Shown here: positions 39,208-54,031 of the stretch, one piece after another
Numbering within the stretch: the stretch's first letter is position 1
Layout of the letters: every line of letters begins with the position of its first letter
Origin: Octopus sinensis
Lineage: Eukaryota
Direction of reading: 5' to 3'
NCBI RefSeq assembly: GCF_006345805.1
Contig: NC_042997.1
Span: 135,098,001-135,162,000, forward strand
DNA length: 64,000 bases
Notes under the pieces: model-generated
The model's input: the letters and a program-made list of their open reading frames with translations, nothing else
Database searches by the model: none
What the model was told of the DNA's origin: nothing
Position numbers and translations under genes: made by a program

Positions 39208-40377
39208 CAGAATGTAAAATTCAGTGCATTTCTGAAACAAAGCAGACTTCTCTAGAATGCGAACTTTCGTGTATGAAAATTTTAACCGCATTTCCTAAAC
39301 TATGGTTGTGACACTATAAATTTCACCAGAAATATAATATTAATCCTCAGAAATCAGATTACTCTTTTTATAAAATATAAATATTTAAGATAAATTATAT
39401 AGACGTTGGGGATTAGTTTTAATCATTTGGGTAGTCTGTTTGAGTGCGGTGGGCGCACGAAGAAGATGCCGCTAATTTTTCTTGTTCATTTACTGTGTCG
39501 ACCGATGCATATGGATCCAGAACAGGACAATAATCAAGATATTGTTTAAAACATCTTATTAAGAGCTAATTCCCTGAATACTGATATCAATGGGAACCTC
39601 GCTACATGTTTATATTTATTTATTTATTTATTTATTTTCCTTGTAACATGTATAAAATTGGATGTACATTTAATTTTCCTCTCTGAAACTATCTTACCAA
39701 GTCAAAATATCCATTTTATTAACATCATTTCTTTTAAAAATTTTTCTGACCATTTTTTTAAACAAGAAGTGCCCATCCAGTTTCAATAAAATTAAACGAA
39801 ACAAAAATACCTGTAATCAAACTAGTGTTCCGTCGAATACAAAGACATAAGTAATAAAATATCAAGAAATGTAGAGAAATGCATACAAGACTACTTAGAG
39901 CTGGACATATCATGGCGAATATGTATATTTAAGTTTCATTACCGTTAGTAATAACAATCATTTACTATTATGCATTATTTGCCGCACTGAATTACTAAAA
40001 TAAGTACGCAGAAACATCGAAACTAAAACGACGTTTCGATAGTCAATAACTAGATAATACCAATGAATATTTTTGTAAATAGCACTCTCCTCCAAACGCA
40101 CACATACATACGCACAAATCACACACTCTCAGGAAAAGTATCTAATAAAAAGAAAAAAAAAACCAACAGTTTTCGTATGTTACGAAGTTTCAAAACTTTT
40201 AACTGCAGTGGAGTATTCACATGCCATTGGAGAAAATTTATTATTCCTTGTACTGAAAATTTGTACCACAGCGATTATATAGAAAAGGAAGATGATTTAA
40301 TACCTAAATTTTTTTATCCAGCAATACTGTTACACGCAGTATTGAAGGTATGGCGAAAGTAATAATGGAAACTGACG

Positions 40378-40447
<70 letters not shown>

Positions 40448-41250
40448 GCAGGACACTCACATTATTCATTACAAGTAGATAAGAGCAAAAACAATGTAAA
40501 TAATTCTAAATTTATGCAAGATGTCTTATTAAAGATCCCATTTAAGAATATTATATGGTTTTTTAACCCCTTCCATTAAAAACAATTACTGAAAAAGAGT
40601 AAGTTTATAAATCAGTCTGTCGTTAAATAAACCATTGAGTAGGAAATGTGTTAGACCAGATAACAGTTTGTGATTGAAAACACGGTGGATTGTTCCAGAG
40701 ACTCCGCATAAATGTGTCAAGTTGTATTCAGGTGTAGCTTTCGTTGAGATTTAAGTGTAAATCATAAATCTTTCAGGAAGTTTTAAGCTTTACAAATAAT
40801 ATATCAGGTCCGTTGGATAGCAAGATATTTAGAAATACAAAAGTTAATACAAACATCTTTTACATAGAGAATCGCAAAGGCTACAAAAAAGAAAAGTCTT
40901 GAAAGGACGTCTTGATTAAAAAAACTAAATGTTATTGTGTCCTGGTCAACATGCTATATGTGGATTAGATATATTTTTTTGCTAAGGGTAGATTTAATGA
41001 ATATATGACTGGTTAGAGCGATTTTACTAAATATGAAGTAGCAAAGCACAAGCATAAATATTCGAACCCCCCTTCATCAGCTCTTGTTTGAGCATCGTAT
41101 TGTATTAACCTCAGATCCTTCAGTAGCAATTTCTCTTTAGATATAAGGATTTCTCCCTCTGCGTATTCAATCTTTTCGATTGTACCTTGTCATAGGAACG
41201 AGCGAAAGAGTGAAAGAAGGAAAGAGATGGAGAAGAAGAAGAAGAATAAC

Positions 41251-41294
<44 letters not shown>

Positions 41295-41571
41295 ACAGAA
41301 AAAGGACAACAACAGCAGCAGGAGAGACGAAAATAGGCAGATGTAAGAATAAGAAAAAAGTAAAAAAAAAAGAAAAATTTGAGAAAAAGGATGTATAAAG
41401 TGGAAGTCGAAGTTATTTCCGAAAATTACATGGGACAGGAAGAGAACATAAAAGTTGTAAGACAATGTGGAAGAGGTAATATGACGATAATACGTTTAGA
41501 ACGTTACTTAAAGCCGAGAAAAATAACACATGAAATTATTTGGCATTCATAACTACATTTACAATACCTGT

Positions 41572-41955
41572 AATGGAAGCACTCCGTCGGTTACGACGAC
41601 AAGGGTTCCGGTTGATCCGAATCATCGGAACAGCCTGCTCGTGAAATTAACGTGTAAGTAGCTGAGCACTCCACAGACATGTGTACCCTTAACGTAGTTC
41701 TCGGGGATATTCAGCGTGACACAGAGAGTGACAAGGCCGGCCCTTTGAAATACAGGTACAACAGAAACGGGAAGTAAGAGTGAGAGAAAGTTGTGGTGAA
41801 AGAGTACAGCAGGGATCACCACCATCCCCTGCCGGAGCCTCGTGGAGCTTTAGGTGTTTTCGCTCAATAAACACTCACAACGCCCGGTCTGGGAATCGAA
41901 ACCGCGATCCTATGACCGCGAGTCCGCTGCCCTAACCACTGGGACATTGCGCCTC
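41572..41955 (-). mobile_element. tRNA-derived SINE family C, full-length, with target-site duplication
   Basis: Head GGAGGCGCAATGTCCCAGTGGTTAGGGCAGCGGACTCGCGGTCATAGGATCGCGGTTTCGATTCCC (A and B boxes); flanked by CAATACCTGT at 41562 and 41956. Confidence 0.88.
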
Positions 41956-42375
41956 CAATACCTGTCATAATAGTTGAGGGATAACGAAGTCTTGAAGTAA
42001 AAGACAACTAGGAAGTCTACGACTGAATATACACTGTGACAAATAGTTTTGCATTTCCCATTAACAATGATTTCGAGCCCCAGCATGGCCACAGCTCGTG
42101 AGCTGAAACTAGATAAAATAAAATAAAAATAATAAATGAGAATCGTATCAGCCAATATCTAATAGCACCATCACCACCAGACGCTACGTCAATTTAAACG
42201 TCCATCTATCCAAATACATGAAAATCTAGTAAGCATCAAACGAACTCATATCGTTAGGTAATACAGCTATCTATTGTTTTGGCGCAAAGCTTAACTTATT
42301 ACTGTTAATCTAACTCTTCGCGCCAGATTTTTTCCAACAAGCATGAACTGGTTCTACGTGCCTATTACAGTATAC

Positions 42376-42574
42376 TCTCTCTTTTACTCTCTTTACTCTT
42401 TTACTTGCTTCAGTCATTTCACTGCGGCCATGCTGGAGCACCGCCTTTGGTCGAGCAAATCGACCCAAGAACATATTCTATCGGGAGCTTTTGCCGAACC
42501 GCTAAGTCACGGGGACGTAAACACACCAGCATCGGTTGTCAAGCAATGTTGGGGGGATAGATACAGACACACAA

Positions 42575-42607
<33 letters not shown>

Positions 42608-42660
42608 CACACAAACACATATATATATATATTGGATGTACATTTAACACACACACACAC

Positions 42661-42696
<36 letters not shown>

Positions 42697-42903
42697 ATAT
42701 ATATATATATAATATATATATATATACATACATATATACGACGGGCTTCTTTCAGTTTCTGTCTACCAAATCCAATCACAAGGCTTTGGTCGGCCAGAGG
42801 CTCTAGTAGAAGACACTTGACCAAGGTGCCACGCAGTGTGACTGAACCCGGAACTATGTGGTTGGTAAGCAAGCTATTTACCACACAGCCACTCTTGCGC
42901 CTA
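42376..42903 (-). mobile_element. SINE family A, full-length copy with expanded internal CA/TA array
   Basis: Reverse complement of head, CORE-like block and tail; about 170-bp internal microsatellite. Confidence 0.9.
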
Positions 42904-43664
42904 TACAAGCAATACTCGACACATTTTACACTAAAATGAATATAATTAGTAGCTCATATTCATTTTGAAATGTAGACAATAATCTAGACTAGTAACATGT
43001 AGATATGTTATATGTCGTTGTCTGAACACATTTTTGTAAAGGCCATTCCAGCCGCAATCATTCCGTTTTTTTAAAATTTTTACATAGGATATTATTCAAT
43101 GTATCCTTCATTTTTTTAAAGTTGGTAGAATATCTATGTATACATATTCTATGAACATTTTTGATTAACTTCCCTGTTAATTTTCGCACGCTAAGCGACC
43201 TTGGATAGATTATCTGAAAAATTATTTGATCAGATGAATACGATTTGGTTCCGTAGTTTCATGGAAGTGAAATACATTTCACATTCTATTATACGGTTGT
43301 TATTAAAATAATTTATTATATTGTGCCATAAATATGTTTATTATAAAACTATGTTCAAAATTTCAATATTCGTCTAAGAAAGTCTGAATCTTAGCTTTCG
43401 CTAGTGGAAGCAAAACTCTTATTTAAAGACGACAATTCAAAGAAACAATGGACAACAGTCGAAATATCATAATGGATGGGTAAATAAGCATCCTTAAAGT
43501 GAAACAATGCATTCGTATGTAACCAAAGATATCAAAAAATAGAAGAGAGGGAAGAGAACATCACCTTTCAAGTAACTCAGAATAGGTAAAGTTATGCATG
43601 CCAATGTTTAAAGTAGTTTAAATATGGAAATTAAGTTATAGTGCATGACCACGCTTGGGACATA

Positions 43665-43764
43665 AGTGATGTGTGTGGATAGTTTGGTGAAAATTCGTTG
43701 AGAATTGTGAAAATGTATACCTTAATCATTATACATACATACTGAGATTTATATATACTAGATA
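43665..43764 (-). mobile_element. 5' fragment of a related non-autonomous Helitron-type element
   Basis: Minus strand ATCTAGTATATATAAA...TTCTCAACGAATTTTCACCAAACT parallels the 5' end of the Helitron at 54810 (ATCTCTCTATATATAAA...TTCAACCGATTCTGATGAAACTT). Confidence 0.45.
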
Positions 43765-44868
43765 AGAATGCAAATTGTCCTTTCTTTCTTAAATAGCTCC
43801 TCTTAACTTTTTAGCTCCGTGGAATTTCCACGGATCACGCTATTAAATAATAAAAGTAACAAATTAATACTTTCGAGCATTCAGTTCCTAAAGTGGAAAT
43901 TTTTAAATGTTATACTGTATGTTTGAGAATTTAAATAAAGGCTGCTTTTATGAAGTCAAAAGAAAGTGATAGTAATAGTACGTGATTTATTTTAGTACTG
44001 AATATGTACAACTTGATGTCCAGATTGGAAATCCATAGAATAAGAAAAGTACCGGTGCGCTAGAAATCAATGAAGATATGGCGAAGATATGGAATGAGTT
44101 TATGAACAATTTCTTAGTTTAACGTAAGGGACTCACAACTGAAACTAAATATTTATTGATATTTCAATTCCTCATTAGTTGATGCTGCTTTCCAATTGTA
44201 TGGTAACTAAATGTATACCAGTAATATTTCGAACTTAAAAACTTTCGTAAAATCAATAGCCTTTTTTTCAACGTATACAGGCAACACTTAGATTCTATCC
44301 CATGGCAAGCTCTTTAGAAAAGTGATAAATTCTCCAAAGAATGAGCCAACAATCTAGGTTTCATTTCCTGTTTACACTAATTTATATGTAGTTTTCTACA
44401 TTCTGAGAAAAGCCAAGACATTAGATTGCGAAATTTATTTACAGCATCTTTACTTTAATGAAACAAACTTTATTCGGCGCGTTTATAGTCAAAATATTTT
44501 ATCACAGTAAATATTGTTTTAATGGCAGTGTGACAACTAGAAATAACTATGATTTAGATATTCAAATGTAACCTAAACCAGGACAGCCATTTAATATTCT
44601 GTAAAGATAGACATTATTGTGAATCACAAATATATAAATGTAAATGCCAAATATTCAAGGTTTCATCTCGATTTCCCGATATTAGCAATTATCTAATCAA
44701 TCATGATGATAAAGTTATTATGACAGAATAGAACCCAACTTATCAGTGACGCAAAATTTCCTGCAGACAAATGCAATACATTACATCTTAGCTATTATTT
44801 TTATCACTCTTTTTCAATTCTTTCGTTACACTTTAGCTTTAAGGGATATAGCGATCAATTTATTAACT

Positions 44869-45320
44869 ACAGGGTGCATCGGGAATTTGTGAAAAAAATT
44901 GGGGTTTAAAATTGGAAACAAGTGAAATGTATTCTTACGTGACACAAGCTCAAATGTAACCTCCTCATTTCTATATAAGACATGTCAGACTCCAATCTAA
45001 CCAGCAGCCGTCAACCACTATAGCATGAAGATGGTCAGCGTTATTAATGTAGCTGTGTTCTTCGGTTAAGTATTAAAAAAACATATCTACAGTCAAAAGA
45101 GCAAAAGATCCTCAGTAATCAAACCTTGTTATGACGACCGAGTTTGTCTATCATGTCCGGAAGATATCCTAAGACAAGCACTATGGATCGATGAGCAACA
45201 TCAACTATCAGCTCCAAAAAGTGGATTTCAGTATCATACATGTGGTGCACGAAGACATCAAGCACAAATACTGCGAAAATATTGGTAAAACAATGTATGA
45301 AGAAAGGTACGGGGGAGCGG
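44869..45320 (+). mobile_element. Tc1/mariner transposon 5' fragment, decayed
   Basis: Starts TA-CAGGGTG, complementary to the CACCCTG-TA end at 2642; translation MTTEFVYHVRKIS*DKHYGSMSNI...IHVVHEDIKHK resembles mariner HTH regions. Confidence 0.6.
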
Positions 45321-46058
45321 ATAGGTGAACACTAGCGAGAGTTCAAAGGGGGAGAAAACCTTGTCAGTGCTCTATCAACTTTCTCAATTAGAACATACAG
45401 ACTCAGTTAGTAATATAGAGGTTAAGGTATTATCCACACATAGAAAAGACACGACACTTAGACATATTACAGAGGCCACACACATAGCAGTAGAGAGATT
45501 GAGCCTCAAAAGAAATCATGAATAAAACAATAAAACCGCACCACCACACTATGCAGCATGACAACTAAAAACAGAATTTGAGAAAAAAGACATACATACA
45601 AACAGTATAATACATAAACCCATATACAAACACAAAAGACACACATACCTAAGACAGAATGAGAGAAAAAGGAAATAATAAGGAAATAAATGGAAAAGAA
45701 AAAACTAAATAAAGGATACGAGTATAAAAAGTATAGTAAGTAAACTCATATACACACACACATGCAAAACACATAGACGCGCGTGCACACACATGCACGC
45801 AACACGCACACACAAAGATACTGACGCAAACGGATGCGCAGATGAGGATACACAGTATAGAAAAACAGAATGGACTAAACAGAACAGGAAGTGACACGTG
45901 AGATAGAGAGTCGCTGAAGCGGTCACAGGATGTGTGACGAAAGAGTTCAGACAAAGGATACAAAAGTAACAGGAGCACTCAGAGAGCGCAAACATCCGCC
46001 AAGGCAACACAAACGTCCTCTCAACGATTAGCCAGTGAGGATTTTTAAAATGAGAAAA

Positions 46059-46440
46059 TCTCTCTCTATATAAACGGCAGTTTGTCTGTGCGTTTTCTGT
46101 GTGTCTGTTTGCTTGTACCCTCACCCTGACCACGGCTTTCAACCGATTCTGATGAAACTTGACACACACATAGCCCAATGTCATAATTCAAAACTAACGC
46201 AGCGAAAATTTTGAAAAGTTCCCCCAGTTCTGAAAAAAATTGATAAATTCGACATGGGGTCGAGAATCAGAAACACAAACCGCAAACTGTCTAGGGGACG
46301 CAACTCCACCTTTTTTAACTAAAAAAAAAATTTACCATCATTTTTTTCCATTTTTTTGCTATTTTTTGGCTATAACTCTGTAAAAATGCTTTATAGTTAT
46401 TTCCCTTACACACCTGAGCAACGCCGGGCGATACTGCTAG
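46059..46440 (+). mobile_element. Non-autonomous Helitron (382 bp)
   Basis: 5'-TC, 3' hairpin CCTGAGCAACGCCGGG plus CTAG, inserted between A and T; first ~200 bp near-identical to the 5' end of the Helitron at 54810. Confidence 0.92.
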
Positions 46441-47204
46441 TCTGAAATAAACGCTAAATAAACGAGAATACTAAAAAATGAACCCGACCGTTCTCGGAGT
46501 TGATAATAAAACTGAACAAGTGTGTTTTTCTGCCCAAACAAAATGATCATCCCGAAATGTTACAGTATCTGTTTCAACACACGATTTCACATCAGGAATC
46601 TTGCAAAACAAATACATAAATGTAACAATTCTTTAAATTACTTTCATAATAATACATTTAGACAAAATCGCGGAAAAAACATGACGTTTTGCTACTCAAC
46701 ATTTGGAGCATTTCAAATACTCCATCTAGCTCTACTAAATTATGACAGCAGATGATTCTATCTGCATTTCGTATTTCTTCAAATGATAACAAATTCCCCA
46801 TGTTTTGATTAAGTATTATTTTGTACGAAATTAATCAAATATTTTCTCCTGCAATCATGATGTTTTATTTTATTTATAAAGCTTCTTTCAAAACAATAGC
46901 AACAGTTACGTTAAATTTTTTCTCGCATTCATCAATGATGCAATAAAACAGGTAAGTCGATATTTCATCATCTTTTTGTTAATCAAGATATGCAATATCT
47001 ATTGATTTAATACTCCATAACAATATACTTCAACTTGCGCATAGATGGGATTTTCGTAAATTCAATGAACAATGTATACAGATTTTTTCTTAATTTGTTT
47101 CGCTAAGAAATTGCCTTTAACAAAGGTTTCAATCAATTCTGTAAACTAAAATCATATATGTTATGAAAGCCACCCAAATTAGGTATTTAGTACATTGAAG
47201 CGGC

Positions 47205-47425
47205 GTAAGGGTGGTGGATTAGCACATGCACCAGAGGCCCTATCAAAATTCACTACGGTAATTATTCCGACTCAATTCATTCTGCATTTAAATGCAGCGG
47301 ATATTAACTTCCCTTTACTTGCCTTAGTTGTCGATAAAGTAAAGTATGAATGTGTTACTGGGGTCCGTGATATTAAATAACCACTTCCAACAGATTTCAA
47401 GTTTTGTACAGATGTTAGAAACAAT
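47205..47425 (+). mobile_element. SINE family B-related, old degenerate copy
   Basis: TTAACTTCCCTTTACTTGCCTTAGTTGTCGATAAAGTAAAGTA...GGGGTC...TTCAAGTTTTGTAC. Confidence 0.5.
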
Positions 47426-50400
47426 TTTATAGAAGATAAGTTGTTAGGAACCAGAATGTCAATTAGAAACCCTTACGGATCTTCGGAGCTCAATTCCTGC
47501 AGAAGACAACTAATCCCTCTCTCCTCTCGTATTCAACAAATAAAGTACTATTCCAATAATTATGTCGATTATTTCCCTCTCATTCTCTCTTTCTTTTTCA
47601 TTAAGTTCCCATCTCTTTCTCTCTCTCTCTTTCTTTATCTCTCTCACTCTTTCTTTTTCTCTGGCATTCTCTACAAAATAATCAGCTGTGTTCAAACACA
47701 GGCTGAGGAGAGGCTGCCATGTTTATTAATTAGTTTCTAGGGTGTAGAAAGGAAGAAACATACATTATAACAGGGTGCTGACTACATATTTAAAAAACAA
47801 AAACAGTGCTCTGAATATTCCCAGTGTCTTTCAACGTCAGAAATAACAGCAGTAACCTTTATTTCTTGATTAGTAAAAATATTGGGAATTAGCTAACGTT
47901 ATTTACTGGTCTAGCAAGCAAGAAAGAGACAGCTACGAAAGCTTTCTTGGCTTTCTGAGATTTCATCATGACCGTATAACCTTCGCTTGTTGACCCTGTG
48001 GTAAATTGATTTATATTTAGAAATATTCGTAAAAATATTAAGGGGTGCCGAGAAATTGAGATTAATTGATGTTTTAATTATGAAAGTGCACTGGCTTCAT
48101 TTTCTAATGAAGTCGTGAATTTGGTGTTGTAAACACTGGAAATTCACCTACATTGTTAAATGCCTTTGTAGTTTCTTGCTCCTACTTACAAAATTCACCC
48201 CGGTTTCTAGGACTATATTAGAAGTATGTGCATATATTAATACATTAGTCTGAGTACATAAGAACTTAATGATTAACGGGAAATGAACAGCCAAAATATG
48301 TTGAATTTAGTTTGCAGCTTTCAGATTTTTCTCAGAGACCATTTATTTTCGTTACTATGAATAGTAAAAGTGATATCTACGAATCAAGAAATATTATCTT
48401 TATAGAATAGTATTGCCGAATATAGAATTATACGGATATACAGCTAAGCCTAAGTGAAGTTTTATCGAGAATTCAGCTTATGATTTTTATGAGCTGTATT
48501 CTACCGCAAACGCTAGTTGTATCTATGTGATTATATTTAATTGGCATGTCATATCTCTAGAAAATTTAATATTATTAGTCTAATCGCTATGTTTGAGGCG
48601 TTGGGATATTTGTTAAACGATAAAATGATTTACAATTCTACTTTCTAACGAAACCAAAGGGACATAAATCTATTGGGTCATGTCTTGTAAAAGCGGAAAC
48701 ATTTACATCAATAGCAACCCAGACACTTCAAAAATATTGAGTGGAGAGGAGAAAAAGAATTGATAAATACCTGATATAATTGCCCAGCTTCAAATTGTAA
48801 CTATTTCTACTTAGCGTAAATATTTACATCAACATGCATAATATTTCTTTTCTTTTTCAAGTCATGGTTTTGAGACAGTTATCTCGTTTTTATTTAACAC
48901 GGTTGAAAAAAGTTCAAAATGTTTCAATTCACCTTTTTAACCACAGACGTTTTAGGGTCGTTGTGCCACAGCCAAAGTTATTGATATACAAATACTGCTA
49001 CATTTTGTACAGATCTGTAACATAAAAAGTTCACTGAATTATGAAAATTACTTTGAACAGTCTTATGCGGGTTGTAGTCACAATTTTTGTTCATTTCTTT
49101 GTAAATTAAAGGAAAACAGCACTCACATCGAAATAAATTTTCTTCCCTGTTTCATATAGTAGTTTTCTGTTGTTTGTTATGAATCTTGAACTGTTTTTGA
49201 CAACTCAGGATCGTACCTGTGAGTAAATTTATCTGTATCAAAACTATTCGTTAGCTTATGATGGCCATGACAGTTAAATAATTTGAAATGTTAAAATTTA
49301 ATATTCGGTTAACTTTGCTAGAATCATTAACACCTCACATTGGCTGACATTGTCTAAATAAAGTGTGCTTTTTGATCGATTCCATTTGTCAAAAACATTA
49401 TCTCATCCTATTAAAATATGAAAGGACAAGTATTTTCTCTCCAGGATTTCGAATGTTGTACAGTTTTTTAATATTTTCTCTGATTGCAATTACGATGAAA
49501 GGTACTATGACAAAATTGTAGGCTAATTCATTAGTCGCCACTTCAGGGCATCTAATTAAAAGGATTTCAACTGGTAGCTATGCTTGCATGAATATTGAGA
49601 TTGCCTTTTGAAAATCTCTAGATTCATGAAAAATACTGCTTTCTACGCAAAAAATCGATTTCTAGAAACAATTTACTTCACTCGTGGAATTATTATAATC
49701 ATCCTATCATGCTATAATTCTAAATGATAATGTTTTGCCATAGATATTTTGACAGGTCCTCCATTACAGAATGGTTAAAAATAGTATGTCGAAATAGCGT
49801 ATATTATTGCAATAATTGTTATCATTTCTGGTTTCCATTGTTGTAACCACTGTTATAACAATATAATAAAGATAATTGCTAATCTTCTAATCTTTGCTTT
49901 TGCTTTTATTTTGATTAACTTGTGCTTTTATTTTTTACTATTTTTATTGTTACCGTAGTCTTGGAGATCATATGCCTGGAAACTTCCTTACGACATCTGA
50001 TGAAGTTCTTTAGGGAATGAGTTCAAATACCACTATGGTTAAATTGACCTTTAGTCTTTTCGCAGTTGATAAATTAATGTACTAGTCAAATACAGGGTTT
50101 GATGATATCGCTTATTCTCCTTACCTAAAAATTACTGGCCTGATACTTAAATTAGAAACAATTATTATTTTATTGCTTGATGGGCGGTATTTATGTTAAG
50201 CAAGTTTATGTTGTTATTCTTGGTAATCTTGCAGCGGTTGTTGCTCTCAAGCTTCTTCCCGACAAATGTTTGCTAAAAATATGAATATACTTAGTACTAT
50301 GATTTCTAATTCAAGGAATTAATAAGAAAGTGATGAACTTGTTTTTACCGGTTACGTCTCGTTTATTTTTTTATCCGATGAATTCTACTAAATTATTTTG

Positions 50401-52454
50401 AAAAATCACTAGAAAATAATCAAATAATTAGAAATAAAGAGACGGATGTGTAAATTTAAAAAAATAAAATAGCATAATATAACACACTTTATTAAAACCT
50501 ATGCACGCAAATCTACATTATGATCTTATACCTTGCAGACAAAGGTACCATAATTATGTAACAAATGAAGCACCTCAACAAATGAAGAGAGGTATTAGCA
50601 TGTTGCCAACACTATAAAAAGTTCATTTGAAAACAAAACAAAACTAGCCTACTCTGAAAACAGGTTGATCAACTGATGACACAGCAATAACGGAAAGTGC
50701 ATTGCAAGCATATAAAGTAAGATGAAAGGAAAAGCAATAGTAATTAATCGAAGGGTGAAAACGGTCATTTAGAAACAGTTGTAAATAACAAACTTTTCTT
50801 AAAGTGTCATAAGGTATGAATAAGCAATTTAATAAGAATTAGCTACTATTTAACAATTAAGATCTATTAACAATTACCATAAATTAAATATTGATGAATT
50901 AGTGAGACGGATATCTTTCGTAAAAGAGGACAGCTGATTAACTTAATCAAAAGGCAGATGTGCGACAACAACTGAATCAATCAATCAATAAGTAATAAAG
51001 ATATAAACTATGATACATGATACGGAATAACAAATTAGGATGCATTAATGCAAAATCCAGGCAGAAAGAGAACGACATTTGTATTGGCCAATAAATAACA
51101 TTTTGTAGATAAACATTTTCGGGAAAAAAAATTTCAAAATGAAAGAATCTAGCAAACAATATGCAGATACATAAAAAGGAAGCCAGCCAATAAAAAAGAA
51201 TGCCAGAGGCAAAATAAAGATTCACAGTTTAGAAAGTTAGCCTGAATAAAAAAAGAAGACAGTTCTCGCCTGAAGGTAGCAGAGGCATGAAACGTGAGAC
51301 GCAAAAAAAAAAATAATAATCCAGTAGATATATATGTATACATATGTGATTATATGTGTACATGTGTGTATGTATGTGCATGTGCTTATATGTTTATATG
51401 TGTATATATGTAAAATACAAAATATGTCTATGATATTATGTGTATATGTGTTTAAAAGTAAATATATATTTATTATTTTGTATTAATTAAATGTTATTTT
51501 CAACGAATGTAAAGATATTACTAGCAGTTAAACAGCATAGTGTGTGCGTTTGTACATATGTGCGTATGAATGTATATATAAAATGAAAGCGTATTCGAGA
51601 TCTTCTGACGTAGTGTCTGCTTATCTTGACATTATTCACCAATGATCCAGTCTTCTGACGTCAGATACATTTATATTGACGTCAGCCACCGAACAGTAGC
51701 TATAAATCTATATAGCTAGATATTTCAACTGCAATACAAAACCATCACCAGTATGTCGCTAAAGTAAAGTTGCAGTTAGTAACTATATATTTTGCATACG
51801 TACGCTAGCAAATATATGTGTAAATTACAGTTCAGACTACGCAAATACACATACGCACGCACACACACTCACACATACACACACACACACACGCACGCAC
51901 ACACGCACGAAGAGAAGTCAAAAATTATCCCCATTTTGGTCAAAATCTCTTTAGGCTGGCCGCACTGCGTTTAGTGTTCTCGTGGTTACCTAAACGAGAT
52001 TTAACCTTGACCACGTAACCACACGTACGAATATGTAGACGTATTTATGTATTTACATTTTCACATGTATATCAGAGTGAGTTTGTGTGGGCTTCTATGT
52101 GTTTTTATATATGTGTATATGTGTGTGTCTGTTAGCAGTCATGCTTATACGTATTTATATACATACATACACACAGGCACATGTATATGTATGTCTGTAT
52201 GTGTATGTATATATGTGTGAATATGTGTGTGTGCATCCGTGTGTGTGTATGTGTGTGCGTGTGTCTGTGTGTGTATGTATGTATGTATGTATGTGTGTGT
52301 ATGTGTGTGTGTGACAGTTTGTTTCTTACCATTTGACAACAGGTGTTGCTCCGATTACGTCCAGGTAGACTATCTGTTTGGCAAAGTGAAAGAGACACAT
52401 AAGCACAAGGCTAAAATACTAGATTTGGCTTACTAAACTCTTGAAAGAAGTGCC

Positions 52455-52620
52455 CCAGAATGGATGTGATCAAGCTACTGCGTGGTAAAAAGATTGCTTC
52501 AACCATACGGTTCCGGGTTCAGTCCCACTGCGTGGTACATTGCGCAAGTGTCTTCTACTATAGTCTCCGGCCGACAATACTGTTATGTGTAGATTTGGTA
52601 GATGGAAAGAAAGAAGCATG
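52455..52620 (+). mobile_element. SINE family A 5' half
   Basis: GCGTGGTAAAAAG...GGTTCCGGGTTCAGTCCCACTGCG...GCAAGTGTCTTCTACTATAG...GAAAGAAGC, then a TA array. Confidence 0.85.
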
Positions 52621-52661
<41 letters not shown>

Positions 52662-52925
52662 TATATATATATATATGGTGCATATAATATGTATATATAT
52701 TATATGTATATATATTATAAATATATATATATGTATGTATATATATATTATATGCATGTATATATATATTTATGCATATATACATATATACACACACACA
52801 CACCTATATATATATATATATTATATATAATATATATATATATGTATATGCATGTATATATATATTTATGTATATATACAATACATATATATATATATGT
52901 ATATGCATGTATATATATATTATGT

Positions 52926-54031
52926 AAACTATGGAGGTAAACTATGGCACTGGGTTAGAAAGTATATTGAAAAGGCATGGAAGAGATACCTAGACGACTG
53001 TTTCATAATCTGGACAGAATCTCTAAATACTCTGGAAGAGTTCAATATCCTCCTGAACAACCTACACCCATCTCTCCAATTTACAAAGGAGATGAGTAGT
53101 ACCAAATTACCATTCCTGGATATAATGTAATTAAAAGACACCACCATCACCACAGATATATACTATAAAACAACAGACACCATCAATACCTAAAATTTAA
53201 GTCGTGCCATCCACCACATACAAAACGTAACATCCCATACTGCCTAGCCAGAAGAATTTGTACTATTGTAGAAGATGCAAATATCAGGAACAAACGCCTA
53301 ATAGAACTAAGAGAATTTTTGCTCAAACAAAAATAACCATCTCTACTTATAGAAAATGGCATACAGCGGGCTATAAAATACCTATACAACAACTTAGGAC
53401 AACCCAGGAAGAGGAAAACAAGAACAAGTCATACCATTCATAGTGACACACAACCATGTCACCAGAATATCTTCAACATTGCCAAAGCAAACCTACCAAT
53501 CATTGCCCAAAGTAATGAATGAATTAAAAAGACATAATCACGGATCGAGCTATGGTGCTTAGTAAAAGACAGCCTAAAAACTTGAAAACATTACTAACAA
53601 AGGCAAAATTGACCTCAGCAACAAAGACCAAACATTCACGGTATCTAAATACAATGATAGCCGATGTGGCACATGCCAATTCATACATACCGGTCAATAT
53701 ATAAACACAAAAACCGGGAAAAATATTCACAAACGCGAATATGAACTGCAAAAGCAGAAATTTAATTTACTGCATCAAATGCCCAAATTGTGAAGAAATA
53801 TATGTAGGTCAGACGGGAAACACACTATTAGAACGCTCACGTGTACACCGGCAACAGATTAGAGACCCAGAGGTCCGTCAGATACCTTTGAGTAACCACC
53901 TAGCAACATGTGGTCGGAAAATATATATAATATTTCCATTCTACAAATTACACAGCCCAAGTGAAATCGAGAGGAAAATCAGAGAAAAGAATTTTATTGA
54001 TAAATTCGAACCCAAGCTAAATAAGCAATAA
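52926..54031 (+). pseudogene. Disrupted PLE reverse transcriptase/GIY-YIG endonuclease ORF
   Basis: ORF pieces 52852-53130, 53258-53443 and 53741-54031 join into one PLE polyprotein; YLDD at 52987-52998. Confidence 0.9.

Noticed and set aside
41060-41085. CTGATGAAGGGG...CGAA on the minus strand (hammerhead-like)
   Set aside because: GAAA block and helices are incomplete; at best a decayed remnant
41890-41955. tRNA-like sequence on the minus strand
   Set aside because: It is the head of SINE C: it continues into a SINE body, is bounded by a TSD, and lacks a proper acceptor stem and canonical anticodon arm
49195-49230. Possible 10-nt microexon (CTCAG|GATCGTACCT|GTGAGT)
   Set aside because: Splice-like motifs alone, with no gene context or expression evidence
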